A stretch of 60,606 nucleotides of DNA from a virus (Duplodnaviria; Caudoviricetes). The stretch lies in IMG/VR virus record IMGVR_UViG_3300020473_000031, positions 1 through 60,606 of that record, one strand, 5' to 3'. Shown here one piece after another: positions 46,701 through 50,675 of this stretch (position 1 is the first letter of the stretch; every line of letters starts with the position of its first letter). The notes under the pieces are model-generated. The model made no database searches. It saw only the letters and a program-made list of their open reading frames with translations, and was not told the origin of the DNA. The position numbers and the translations under genes are program-made.

Positions 46701-47961
46701 CCCCACCTGGTTGTTTAAAAGTTAATCTAGGTGTAAAAGTATATCCACTACCAGAATTAACTATTTCTAAATCACTAACTTGTCCATTAGTGACTGTTGC
46801 TTTTATTTCTGAAGTTTTTGCACCAGGTTTAGTTGGATCTTGAACAATTACAGTTGGTGGATTAGTATCACTATAACCTTTACCACCATCCAATAATTGT
46901 ACTTCCTTAACACCGTTAACAAGTGCTGTTGCAGAAGCACCACTACCAGTTAAACTATTGATTGATACTTTTGGTGGATACTCATATCGATAATTATCAC
47001 CATTAACACTTGTAGAAATTCCTGTAAGCTGACCATCATCATCAATACGAGCATATCCTACAGCATCAGCACCAAAAGAAGGAATTGGTGCTTCAACAGC
47101 AAACAATTCCAAATATCTACCGTTTAAAGGTGGATTTTTAAATATAAATTGATCGTGGTCAATATAAAATTCTTCTTTTGGTATTAAAAGTTGATTATCA
47201 TATATTGCATAAACATATTCATCAATAACTGGTTCATACCTCTCATTATTCCTAGTAATAGTGAATTGCCTTTTATCATCACCAAAACTATTGGATATAT
47301 TATCAATTTGTACTATAGGACTCTCAACAAAACCACTCATGTATGTTATAGTAGTGGAAGATGTGTCATCAGCATCCAATTTTGCTCTAGGAGGCTCAGT
47401 AAAGACAATATCAGTACCATCTACAGTAAAATCCAAAAGAGGTACTTGCAATTCACCATATACTTTAACAATTAAATGCTGTGCAGATGGTGGAGCAATA
47501 GGATTATCCTGTGATGTTAACGGAAATCTCTGCCTAGAACCATCAAAAAGTGATAATGGACTTGCAAGACCAGTCCATTTTAACTGAACCTGCTCGTATG
47601 AAATACCTGGACTTAACGCAATATTAGGTGAAGCTGTTGTTTTCTCGTAATATATTACTTCGTCGCCAATTAATAATGATCCATTCTTCTCTAAGAAATC
47701 ATCAACAGACTCTACAATTATCTTATCATCAGTGGCAGTTATTGGTTCTACAATCTTTGTCGTACCATCAAGAATCCCAACATCCAGTTTATCAATATCC
47801 AGATATTGTAGAAAATTATTAACTATATTCTGTCCTAGACCAGTCTTTTCTTGAGATCTATAATAGTACTCAATAAACTTATTAAACAGTGGATAATCCT
47901 GTTCAACAAAATCAGGGGTTAATGATTTAACTGACTGAGAGACTTTATTCGTATTTGCCAT
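22768..47961 (-). CDS. gp7: Giant baseplate wedge initiator gp7-like protein (8397 aa), multidomain
   Basis: Directly follows gp6. N-terminal PDFVEQDYPLFNKFIEYYY and IKDFYSSKGT..SI..LFKLLYGE; QDSYYYQDFSY...HPASFKVFG near aa 3500. Also a YHYH-like domain, a probable beta-propeller, two LamG-like domains, helical C..D...DL..GGN repeats and 23 YPR modules. Confidence 0.85.
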   Translation of the reverse strand: MANTNKVSQSVKSLTPDFVEQDYPLFNKFIEYYYRSQEKTGLGQNIVNNFLQYLDIDKLDVGILDGTTKIVEPITATDDKIIVESVDDFLEKNGSLLIGDEVIYYEKTTASPNIALSPGISYEQVQLKWTGLASPLSLFDGSRQRFPLTSQDNPIAPPSAQHLIVKVYGELQVPLLDFTVDGTDIVFTEPPRAKLDADDTSSTTITYMSGFVESPIVQIDNISNSFGDDKRQFTITRNNERYEPVIDEYVYAIYDNQLLIPKEEFYIDHDQFIFKNPPLNGRYLELFAVEAPIPSFGADAVGYARIDDDGQLTGISTSVNGDNYRYEYPPKVSINSLTGSGASATALVNGVKEVQLLDGGKGYSDTNPPTVIVQDPTKPGAKTSEIKATVTNGQVSDLEIVNSGSGYTFTPRLTFKQPGGAKIGTPTMIGGSISGTIEVLEKGFGYTTVPEIYVDEPTGEDGIKASLQAVMVDGQVQSINILNSGQGYETVPRIAIIDPIGAQVLETKVDGDGRVVSIELLSGGSGYDDVPSVYILDDRTDGTGAYAGGSGATAVASIFNGRIIDINIVNFGRDYSSANPPTIFIQSPPSAEASANVGLNQVTGFTVNQNGSKYTKAQFEGCARAASGITAYTEDGNAVFTNNTTATSAEVNTPVKCLDQLFVKRLLDKYTEQFLPDVPSLDYTKIDVRNAIKSIKDFYSSKGTSFSIAYLFKLLYGETVSISYPKDQIIKPSNATWSIDTILRASLVSGDPRDIKDGLIVQEADIADPNVQAASALVENFISIKTSELEIFELVLSEETINGTFTVPYKTRLGEPLNETDSIITVDSTIGWPERNGEFVIGDSEVVQYKEKSLNQFIECTRSVNGVVEDWDSATEVKSNFRIYINKGTLQEVVMNIVGIVDAQQTTLTDTGSYYLPGDKLTVSKLGGTGIGPDLTTWLYNVKKLIEVTSITYGGVNNQSATVTCANPHGLLVGDQVTIYGANPIIYNGSFLVTSRDGEYVFQYNLVQPATVEPQGNILVSIDLNKGKSLNSAIFNAISPYTTNVQNSFFNDDYVYVASTGIPNYEIGPFPGSALLPGNQRKLNRFPKLAQTISTKDLIKPGPIGTWVNGVSIWSYKSDLSKTFGAVTSINILNSGKDYDAASPPAITVSGGGGTGATAAVTVDGSISEITVTEGGSGYTTSPLVSIVGGNGSGAAATAIITKGEVSRILINTGGTGYTSQPSITIVGGGGTGAQGTASVRGPIKSINVTNGGNSYTSKPDISLSSGSGAVAQAIVNNGRIISIAIISAGQGYTTAPEVTIQGDGFGAIARATIDVDGENAGRVTGIEIVNRGINYLQGTTVINLTSVGQDALFESNVFEWTYNLESTSIFDDARGGVFTGYNNEYGGEYAHLSNPQRMRYILGDNLYKDAYGKTLEKEDQLAHSPIIGWAFDGNPIYGPYGYTDPTDQGSAVIRLSTSYRLQESLVFDATTNPYPVRSDGPLLTDVDTSGDYLYPAGKFVEDYEYVFGLGDLDQYNGRFCKTPDYPDGRYCYFVTIDATEDGNALFPYVIGPSYNSVVDTWNLSTSAVQQNIPSGVVRYRDPYENVDIDVERTPNASTAALTTEDGDILMFEVEDVNRDGVITPDETADPAQMFEESPLQLFDYFPKVKFDSKVDIEVETITKFEDASVTGFTIENPGKNYQVDDILTFDNEGTDGAGVSARISRIKGEAIDSYSFENVNGLNYGVLDTNVPHNLVTGDEVFVDYTPIMQNTNKTFVVRQIKGIESIVIEQSGSGYDEEIPPTIIIDGDGTAGKLEAVVSSVGSIDTVNIINSGSDYTTSPRVILSHPQIFKKADYFVTTISNNNYVSVNDVYVNEEKETYYCGKTKDATGNTVAFISKHSALGVKEWERTLESTDGQYYTEFQKLYVNKNPFTNDEIWVVGNNRPNANLLNVYNPDIILCKYTQSEDGLDATLDFQKGYAGISGANRADYVTCLEKYSDIRYVIGGYTNTNSLNPDDAFIASIDTTGNFAVKRKIASGTLSERMTDMIIIEDSVYFIMETASAPDSKDINVAFGKATIGINAITIDWIKELSNTVYSFINTSLTIDEFNEFYITATCRLKSDDTTRDSFWVGKLNTDGNIIWNYRYLATGRELTLVDNSIIDIFGDLNVAYTKDDQVTRKTTVGTVKIGYDGTMKKHSTNEFNQNQVEGITAKALAVDVSGDVYIYGQTQWNRNEFILDFDDGGSPLTDLASHYTITDQSANNSIRYVSGVAKIDGCNVPANTQTTWENGHIKASSSELGTTLDGDFTIQMMVYIDGDSGLPFSLSQNLMTLCQIGSSQDPTGGLWLGFGTGRGLDLTIANSSTQIVNATAISSASSVMLNNTWISVAITKSGNLFSSFVNGIQVASGTISNTSFAGKDLYFGVGPGFGAGINDFDKDTQGQFYLDDVKLKNRAITPTSPADINGLPQASQFGFGYSWTDTAWFDAQTRRYESEDYIGFGLKIDKNADSDRLGDQGLQTNTQIGFARADIAPVTGTTLSIGSTGFELAEAGFQSLDFDDATTTMSQDTEALTYVADIWSARTSTVPSPGSQKLKVSAVVNDRYYIKPTSTVVINNIQELTINQSFDFTVGAKLVLQNPNGTFINSGYIIKKDNSANKIYLAIIHNPWTDDLDNGELITQQFSEQDSYGIIGPLPNDVNEVKNYVFTEINNTTPGTFDIDLSTFDAPSDVGGTNNLDDFAKLKEFDVNDYSIRIDEVSGGSTYIPGSVIDITSSDITFNTSYSTCQITNLAGVLKITLTANLTKILQVSSVSNTDEVYCITSTSHYLSNGEMIYVDGNPAQESGGTTYDEYDGAFPVDSVISPLEFTYKLNQAAVTSPSTIAANVNIFVKSPVLKMYNGHQYLFDLSHSSMVGGNLSFSKDNLYKLEYSFNSIERIGIPGVTGQGQPTPTVKLKIDPDIVTNISYYFDPSRTGDNSPVIAGSYLDVTDSPYKGNFVISSTAGATITEGADVFKFLLANEPEGNANVNQASYSTSSLKAVGSIADVRIVNPGGFYTKLPIVTDIQSTRNIERVQINEPGTEYAVGVYNSVPILGDGEGGLVSILVNDGSDEDGITIPGQIQEVVVTSPGKAYTTAYIDIESIDGILGPGLQGSGAELTVVIPPFGTEASIFTKGDKVGKIKKLKNNNFGYDYPHDYTLRPEITFPINAQLTSTSILESITVTNPGSGYSLAPTVIIQGGGGFGAQAEASIKNGRLDNIVVKDPGAGYSSTPQVSLRSSFNYVVNLDLGLLQFAYPHGIPNGAELSLAVTDTGDGADFPLSAGATGRLNGVTTYYAISGSANSLEDDQLKIAITEANAELGDALTFVNAGEGRQSVLTESFGGAAEANVITSTFLEGELVYQGESLEVATATGYVSTNSGWQVGPRILKIVDHDGVFAESERITGVISKSSGIISDLKVARGVLDIGSITKTTGQFIDDVGKPSEIIQKIQDSYYYQDFSYAVKSAVSISEWKEILIRNVHPASFKVFGELNLNEYGQIPNKETFFQLTKSVELAQEAVVPNIQSFALVEPIYSEFNNTEVLFRQKRLTSSENILTSVVQRVDNIDHLFDGERIAFPLTVEGGTVVANANQLMIVLNGIVQNPNTSFQIQGDSIVFSEPPSPPASVKYANLTISQIQTWDLTWNNQSGIYPLIGNSLVGTSSQARLIVTSVTGTIISGYMDEGTFIPGELCTVSATGFSGNLVDITAVSNIGLYIYGETVTNLQGDTAKVEQINLETGAESPVCDLRYAIGPSTTEFEVVPVDGTGPLPAGTIDVAVNDGFRIGAEIMEVLSVVDGFDSTTLTVVRGTLGTQATAQQEGSPMYSTDINVTEALTLSKTAGTYQSTPGLYNIQLNDVIIGAKSGTVSRVTTASVYQDPVTGEFIGQVDISPGSSFFGLLFNRITSTSYPNVVIDDISKSQISIVDFTDNETAYNTNFPSNEIVSNYIIPYSNAVGTLQIGEDIRNYKIEYGNNTGEFTAGEAGRVRKISMYDKEGEGFFNAGQIIRTRDTKAEVIGYNQARGIVYLGKIGRSKSNGEDYFEFDFTNDAKISSTQKKFGDTSLQLDGSGDYISVASTSEMAFGTGEYTIEFWCRPDTAALAGLAEIYDTRTSDPEISGRIYLNGAQIRYNVNGSDIVTSGATVIPTNNTWYHIAVSRSGTTVKLFLDGVEVGSGTDSSTYVARPIRIGSSYAATNSFAGYIDEFRISDVARYTAAFTPPAGIHQGDVDTKVLLHFDSSDGDQFVDDWSGGESFSNKEYFNNDPIVASRRYIGKHTYTGGTVSGAVIIQQGIIEKDVTDATYNGLTGDLVLTIGSHSYTTSNTVKIAPNSLTFTCEMDNNATQHTYPRITDPVYDTAIAITAVTATTITVNVGVAIQQGFVKNSHRYNNAGQLILKNLEFIAKEVVYMINQKFPNFTVIGGDVNCEDDVKDICRSIVADMRNGGNNKTWLAVSYYIDRADTANVKLLNIETEVRETIWAYNKLDQMLEFIVTNSEWKPVGDHGLKQYTDTTITDSSTTSFTYKTPTGATYDADTGNLTLTEVGHGLVGRRAITVQNGTTYNAETGILSVTSASHLFQNGDKVMLEKESLTFTCDMDGHKTEHKYPRASDPALAGWLTVSNSQTNSFDLDVGKSPLLVFNPTGGSYDASTGHMKLQIGDNILTPGTNVKIAPNSIYFRCTSDGLQAVKKYPRTTDPIAGKPTPIAYDGEQLSASFANYTPTTGVMKITAGKTFTPLDATYNAVNGMMNLTIPDHGMQAGDTIRLEDGAITFTCAMDDHYSTHAYPRTTDPKRGLQLSITNVQTHSFSVNVGISPKVQLTPNNGIYNPTTGMMTLEFATPHGLTAGTSIKIAKESLTFSCGFGGASGDAAKKSYPRSTDPFYDTAVKIESATTNAITVKILENVPSTNTDTHTWVGATTGCIHTGGDYEHIFHSALTNGVVANKHGLLNGDRIKLATNSLTFRCQLDNQETEHSYPRSTDPYNGRWLAVSNVGANTFDVNVGISPDTSSHIFKSAYTNGITKRDGSITFDVGKSPRVGYDVAGATYDPLTGDMVLNVGIHNLLENQTIQIADNGLSFTCSMDGNATSHSYPRLTDPSRKHALNITNVGETSKTITGAVYTPTSGQMSLTVTGHNLNPATTHTPTDAVYNPATGELELTIVGHSFDNGDRVLLDDDCLTFTCGKDNHGSQHTYPRSTDPSSLKWLSVQNVHIDRFTVNIGKSQDLSDHRFISATSSCVKRAKDSVKFDDNSITFRCDKDAQATDHTYPRVSDPVHQQWIPITSAPDSNTIVLNVGKSSDTSTHVYQTATGGGLKVQTGYITVNVGKSPTVSHNPSSVTYNPGTGSMAMSIGNHYLRGGSQYTAETASYEATTGIMTVTVANHGFSVGDYIKFAENSITFTCTMNGNATNKQYPRSTDPSFNKWLPVVGITTDTFKVNVGSSPLVKHDVTTATYDPATGLIEATIGSHTLEVGEPIMLKDYGFSFSCGLDGDTISKLYPRETGFIQNAGVADPAWRTPVVITAKSATTITFNVGTSSDVTAHNWTGGTSQDAVISGGDYNHTFVTASTNGVYRTNETVMIGEESMTFTCDFNGDGNTTEKKYPRASGSNAPGGADYAYNKPVPITSVGTNAHTPTLATYTPATGVMNIELVNHGFALSTNHTVTAATFTPTTGVMKLTVAGHGFQDGDRVKLADGSLRFTCDKDSNASNHDYPRASDFASNRWLPIFNVSTNFFEVNVGNMFGPAAISHTTTHAFVSAVANGLTKANSCIKLAENALTFTCGKDNGASEHSYPRRTDPSFDEWLPLSNVLADSFDVYIGKSSDLSTHTFVSALDSSLHSQTGVINLNVGISTDTTTHNYVAATKLTPTNAAYNPTTGVMTITVNDHNMANGEQVMIDDGAIKLSCAFGGASGTAAEKDYPRSSDPASGRWLSVSNVQTNSFDVQVLDVAPSTNTDTHSFVSAVSNSITRGILRTGGNHTHTFASARKNAVIAGGIYRHEFVSPSAYTVTNGAYNPTTGVMTLTIPNHGFEAGDHIMMDDNSIVFNCSFGGSATDKSYPRSSDPISGKYVPIGNVTTDTFTIQVLDSTPSTNTDAHTFVSASTGGVHRAVLMTGGVYNHTFKSATINGIYKQGQAIEILPDALKFTCDMDGAETTHPYPRTTDPAYKSALPITHYTADTFTVNVGSTTFGDNRNYTAYSPSFATYDPSTGILILTIEGHPLTQDDYVTLEDNSIKFTCAMDNNQTTKSYPRPGHDVRAARKKLKILGTTVNTISLNVGVAQADQTFTPSDASYDAKTGEMTLTIGQHGMRVGANVTIANGSLRFTCGMDGNGSNKDYPRSTDPYGDNKSIPITHVGHTHATITNAVYTPGSGLMVLTVPAHGYSNGDYVQIVDESLTLRCLLDGNSTDHVYPRSTDYASGRWLPISNKTNDTFEINVGTSSDTTTHVFQKASTKGLRRQSGVITVNVGKSPIKGYDVTDASFVPGTGLLTVTIGNHSLTAGTAVRIANNSLIFRCDQDGQSSDHSYPRANGQNGASGNDPAWNTAVNITAVTPTTVTLDVGTSSNTTTHVFQNANNTYTPSTASYNPTTGVITITVADHGFVNGEHIKIADGGLKFTCAHDNYATTHAYPRSTDPISGKYIPISNVQTNTFDIQVLDVTPSTNITAHTYHSTIANCITRAVISTGGDYTHTFVGNQGSNTVSYTPQASHTFVSCDPGSVKHQLTIHNFAQTTANGIKILNYNTSDCTDVQTTIENLISIVTDTLDAAIQNPPLDYLGSLVKYSPPHEFLGGRIYSYYEEEFPINWHDGTEDIMFTNQIGAAGKYRFIDAANLVQLNAGPIVDKASNDMLERYPDLALDMPRNFDGSGAGTLQCKTDLALILQEFIKDLRDGGNFNTVNVAKRYLGTNDILLHIRLQVFQSAYAHERLAFYMKQAVNGDLTTGNTDKIIVGAWGITQSNSQSFTPTGATYEPTTGELELTIGSHTLVKGRKIRIATDGLTFRCLEDSNGSDHTYPRTTDPVYLQNIEIIDITATTITVNVGTSSNTTLHTFQSAVTDCVTAPGDCANVTDAIDNLVTIANDIIAPTNADFAIAADRLYFNRDGISSEITGLTRAEFTYMLDTSQQFAFSYPEPGGESTCQRDLKLIILGIISDLQTGGNNSTVAAMEYYLSSQMQIINVEDELLATVYAIEQLGFLCEHAVKGELRIKGGSSVDPLYAYVHSFDDPYTDSETPTDMTVVGTRIKELVNTAINLIVPGKRPMRGAAKNLIYNRGYYKEEITTLVNAQFGLNTWQYNDWVDSIITNMSHDLLTTDISDSSIAHNITIESVIGRFEVGELITSDKGSAKVLEYNSDTKFLVVGEFVGTPWISNTSLTGTKSNALATVSVNGVGSSYTWFNSPGNVRTIAFARNITSNITGQVSGINLFTNPELFVPNWTGTGVGFSDNFTEAPDNSTTASKLISSSAGGEHTVDRIYDLTAYDTWDDGNITFDDTTNSFDEGGSGTGGDDQQYTFSCFFKKAEYEQIRFHIILDDGTAGEQSVFFDLNMNTGNTGTLFIPQGGISGDAYGAVPYGGGWYRAYVTTTFSFGFTELKARINVSNENNQLSYSGDGTKGVYAWGAKLSKGTLDPYTSASGGIFYADGEFNIKRYALDKLEQYIIQAMTDGLTSPSPEAGYLKFFSADAAGYYDIRSVSRVVRDNLNLISEQLAIDTHYTTVTVNNGITIPTYTYGNRELPVGLGGGLKSSDYLYGTASDSYAELETLIPNKGEIVKIYQRLRFDGDVVDGPWVMNETVSKNGDPSVTGIIYGVHEDENFSYLDIEVTGNPWAITDYIVGSTNNTTAQVSLIEDRIQIIDLDGEFDATVPFKGYTSGASATPTDFLRNEAAILDNTGGTLTVDTETLVGSFEKTSVVYPETSRQFINVSKYNGLDIGVGDRIASNGYVRIGISIISDLSSFTVGNRLYKVIGGVADQNNYAIITEVDIDNNFLYIADFVGDQITNGDLVGDYGLGGNFPVGYASVITRVNTPGAGAALVQDIRPDGQFKRLYLSDITGSFDLKDSVIGPGDYRAAVQNKVDLKARVKRAFKGFDGVQDTFNLTIDNGVNYLPDPEGHLLVYINGILQPPGGTNAYTAFSNQIQFTEPPELGASFTGFYVGKLRQLDDISFEFDSLRQSFNLKRNDVFYSLTLTEGVQSSTIRPENNIIVSLNGVIQEPGVGFEIVGSRIIFSEIPRVGSTFVAFSYVGSEADVDAAEVVPPIEPGDFIDIQGETSDREVAVIESSNSLITFDYLGSVFGQDAKATAILTAGFINDVQVTSGGSGYTTRPNVRIDSISGFDGNIRALIGVAGVEMNNAGSGYKDPKVEVETTVPLDWNAPDLSLYGEEEVDPETP
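26752..35091 (-). repeat. 23 copies of a ~100-aa module (ATYxPxTG...H...LTFxC..D...(H/K)xYPRxxDP...VNVG...HTF) inside gp7
   Basis: 23 YPR motifs counted in the translation; 21 are nested at about 27709-34359, with single copies at about 26752-27051 and 34790-35091. Confidence 0.9.
35200..35790 (-). other. LamG/concanavalin-A-like domain within gp7
   Basis: KFGDTSLQLDGSGDY...FGTGEYTIEFW...WYHIAVSRSGTTVKLFLDG...GYIDEFRIS..ARYT..FTPP; a second, more divergent copy lies at about 40640-41310. Confidence 0.8.
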
Positions 47962-47967
47962 CTAATT

Positions 47968-49992
47968 TTAGAAACAAGTCGAGCTGTTTGGATCACCTGT
48001 ATTAGTAATCGGAGTTACCTCAACCAAAGTTGGTGTTTGGTTAAATGTTTGTGGTGTCAAACTATTTAGAGGAATAGTGGTAGGTGGAATAGTTCCAATT
48101 GGTGCTACCGTTACTTCAGGATTAACTACATTAATAATAGTACCAGGAGTTGACGCTGGAATTGTCGTATTATTGCCTGGTATAAAGAGTACTGGGAGGT
48201 TTAAATTCGTAGGTAATTTAGTAGGATCAATAACAGTACCTGTTCCTGTTACAGGATCGGTTAAATCCATGTTTGTTGAATCAGGAACATCATCGCCTGC
48301 ACCAACAATATTAATAGGACCTATACATATTTCCCCAGTATCGTAATTAATACTACCAGCAGAATTATTAGTATAAACCTTCTTATTTCCAGTATTATAG
48401 TATGTTTTTAGTTTACCAAACCCATCATCTTCAAATAATTGATCAATACCTGGTCTATCAGCAGTCCTAAAGTTTCCAGAAAGTATAACTGGCTCTTTAT
48501 TACATGCTCCATCTGTATTACTAGGAGCACTATTATAAAGAGCACCACCAGTAGAAATACAATAAGTATTTGTCTGATTGGCATCTGCTCTAATATACTT
48601 TAAAAGAGAGGTTTGAACAGAAACGTCACTAACTGCCTTATCTGCTAAAGCAATTGCTTTTTGGAACTGTTGGTTTCTAAACGTAGAGTTGAAATTATTG
48701 ATTTGAGTTTGTGTAGCCCAATCATTAATAGCATTTTGAATATTAGTCTTAATATCAGATGTATTGCTTGTTACACCAGTATCATAAAGAACAAAGACTT
48801 TAGGATAGATATAAAGCTCATCTGGATCAATAACAACAGGATCTATAGATGCCATTGAATATGATCTTAATTTTGTCTGCAAATCTTTCTTAGACTGGTC
48901 ATTCAAAAGAGATCCAGTCTTAGTTTTAACAGCAACGTATACTTTACCGTATATTGGAGGTGTTAAAGAATCTCCACCATAAGCAACAACAGACTCAGCA
49001 TTAGAATAAAGATTTTTAGTAATAACAGCGTAATCCTGTGCTGTTACTGCTCTATATTGAGAAGCATAGAATCTTGGAGCCATATACTTAATAGATTCTA
49101 CTGTTTCTGGATCATCACCCATTTGAGAACGTTCTTTAGTAGTAAGAATAATATCAGCGTTAGAAACTGATACATTATTACTATCTTCCATAGATCCAAT
49201 ATAACCAAAACCCGTCACTTCATTTGCTTCTTTCCCAGAACAGGTCAAATACTCAAAATTAATAACTTCACCATCTTTTAATTTTCTACCAATACTATCA
49301 TCACCAAATCTTACTCTATACCTCATATCCTCACCTTCAGAGATGAAATAACTACGTGTATTACCAGTTAGATTAGTAACAGTTTCTACAGCGTTATAGA
49401 GGTCTGAAGTAGTAGAAGATTCGTTTGCTTTAACTGTAACCTTTAAAGTCTCTATATCAGCGTCTTCTGAAGGAATTTTATATTCTTGAGTCTGGAAAGT
49501 ATTAACAGTATATGAAAAATTAATTACAGATCCTTCATTGATAGTAACACAATCAAAAATCGCTTTACCAGTTACAGTATCAACTTCTGCAGTAATATCT
49601 TCTAAAGTATTCCAAATATAATTACTACCTCTTGCAACTGGACCCTTTTTCAAAGTAACTGAACTAGGATATGCCTGATTAGTCTGAGATGTTTGTACTT
49701 CTAAATTTATTGCTGCTTTAGAGCATGTAATTGATCTAGGAACATAATTTAGTAGTTTAGCAATATTAACAATATTATCTCTAATCGTAGCTGATGGTAA
49801 AAATACCTCATTCATTGCCATATTAGACATAAATGCTGAATAATAACTATTATACGCTAAAACATCAACAAGATATGATAGTGTAGATCCATTGAAATCA
49901 TAATCTGTGAACTCATCTCTAGTCCTCAAATATGAATTTATAGAAGCTTTGATATCTTCAAAGTCTAATGCTGTTAACTTATTCGGTTGCAT
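47968..49992 (-). CDS. gp6: Baseplate wedge subunit gp6
   Basis: LDFEDIKASI..YLR...EFTDYDFNGS.LS.L.DVLAYNSYY, FGDDSIGRKL, ETVESIKYMAP..Y.SQYRAVTAQDY, YGKVY. Confidence 0.95.
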   Translation of the reverse strand: MQPNKLTALDFEDIKASINSYLRTRDEFTDYDFNGSTLSYLVDVLAYNSYYSAFMSNMAMNEVFLPSATIRDNIVNIAKLLNYVPRSITCSKAAINLEVQTSQTNQAYPSSVTLKKGPVARGSNYIWNTLEDITAEVDTVTGKAIFDCVTINEGSVINFSYTVNTFQTQEYKIPSEDADIETLKVTVKANESSTTSDLYNAVETVTNLTGNTRSYFISEGEDMRYRVRFGDDSIGRKLKDGEVINFEYLTCSGKEANEVTGFGYIGSMEDSNNVSVSNADIILTTKERSQMGDDPETVESIKYMAPRFYASQYRAVTAQDYAVITKNLYSNAESVVAYGGDSLTPPIYGKVYVAVKTKTGSLLNDQSKKDLQTKLRSYSMASIDPVVIDPDELYIYPKVFVLYDTGVTSNTSDIKTNIQNAINDWATQTQINNFNSTFRNQQFQKAIALADKAVSDVSVQTSLLKYIRADANQTNTYCISTGGALYNSAPSNTDGACNKEPVILSGNFRTADRPGIDQLFEDDGFGKLKTYYNTGNKKVYTNNSAGSINYDTGEICIGPINIVGAGDDVPDSTNMDLTDPVTGTGTVIDPTKLPTNLNLPVLFIPGNNTTIPASTPGTIINVVNPEVTVAPIGTIPPTTIPLNSLTPQTFNQTPTLVEVTPITNTGDPNSSTCF

Positions 49993-49993
49993 T

Positions 49994-50419
49994 TTAAGTA
50001 GGTCTCTGTAATACGAATGCTATAGATTCCACAATAGGTAAGCCAACAACCTTATATCTAACGGATACTGATACTTTACCTGAACTATAATATGGAGTTA
50101 AGTTACAAGATATTAATTGTACTCGACTTTCATACTGATTAATGGTATTTATGATGTCACTTTGTATTGAATCGACTGAGAATGCATCTAACTGTTCAAA
50201 AAGTCTTTGATATATTCCACAACCAACATTACTTCTAAATAATTTTTCTCCTGGTCTAGTTAAGACTAGATTTTTAATAGATTGTTTAATTGAATTTTCA
50301 TTTGTTACCTTTGAACAATCATCAGTAAACCTATTTTTAGAGAATGCCATATTAATATCAGCAAACCGCCTGGATTTACCTTTAGTTAATTCTGCTCCTG
50401 TTATTGGTTTTAATGCCAC
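49994..50419 (-). CDS. gp25: Baseplate wedge subunit gp25
   Basis: SIKQSIKNLVLTRPGEKLF...GC....LFE...INQYESRV; immediately upstream of gp6. Confidence 0.93.
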   Translation of the reverse strand: MALKPITGAELTKGKSRRFADINMAFSKNRFTDDCSKVTNENSIKQSIKNLVLTRPGEKLFRSNVGCGIYQRLFEQLDAFSVDSIQSDIINTINQYESRVQLISCNLTPYYSSGKVSVSVRYKVVGLPIVESIAFVLQRPT

Positions 50420-50643
50420 TATTCACCTTCCCTTTTTTTAAGATAATAGTCACTTCTTGGGTCTGTAATTAGATATTTACAATGTTCCCAACCATTCTTT
50501 CGGAATTCTTCAGACATATCAACAGGTCTATTTGCCACACCCTTTCCATACGTCTTATTATAAGCTGCCTCCATTTCCTCTGCAGTAGGTCCTACAGAGC
50601 TGCCTCTTGGTACTATACTTTTGACTATAATGGGATCACTCAT
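50419..50643 (-). CDS. Small hypothetical protein upstream of gp25
   Basis: 74 aa with YLITDPRSDYYL; coupled to the gp25 start and preceded by a late promoter. Confidence 0.7.
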   Translation of the reverse strand: MSDPIIVKSIVPRGSSVGPTAEEMEAAYNKTYGKGVANRPVDMSEEFRKNGWEHCKYLITDPRSDYYLKKREGE

Positions 50644-50668
50644 GAATAAAGACGGTATACGTCCTTAT

Positions 50669-50675
50669 TATTTAT
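50669..50675 (-). promoter_or_regulatory. T4-type late promoter (ATAAATA) for the baseplate operon
   Basis: Minus strand GATAAATAAT overlapping the oxygenase stop, 26 nt upstream of the ATG at 50643. Confidence 0.72.

Noticed and set aside
22768-47961. Intein or intron inflating the giant ORF
   Set aside because: No Hint splice-junction or homing-endonuclease motifs were recognised; structural domains account for the length.
780-48858. Many short plus-strand and alternate-frame ORFs inside the structural genes
   Set aside because: They are shadow ORFs produced by codon bias of the long minus-strand genes; low complexity, with no recognisable motifs.
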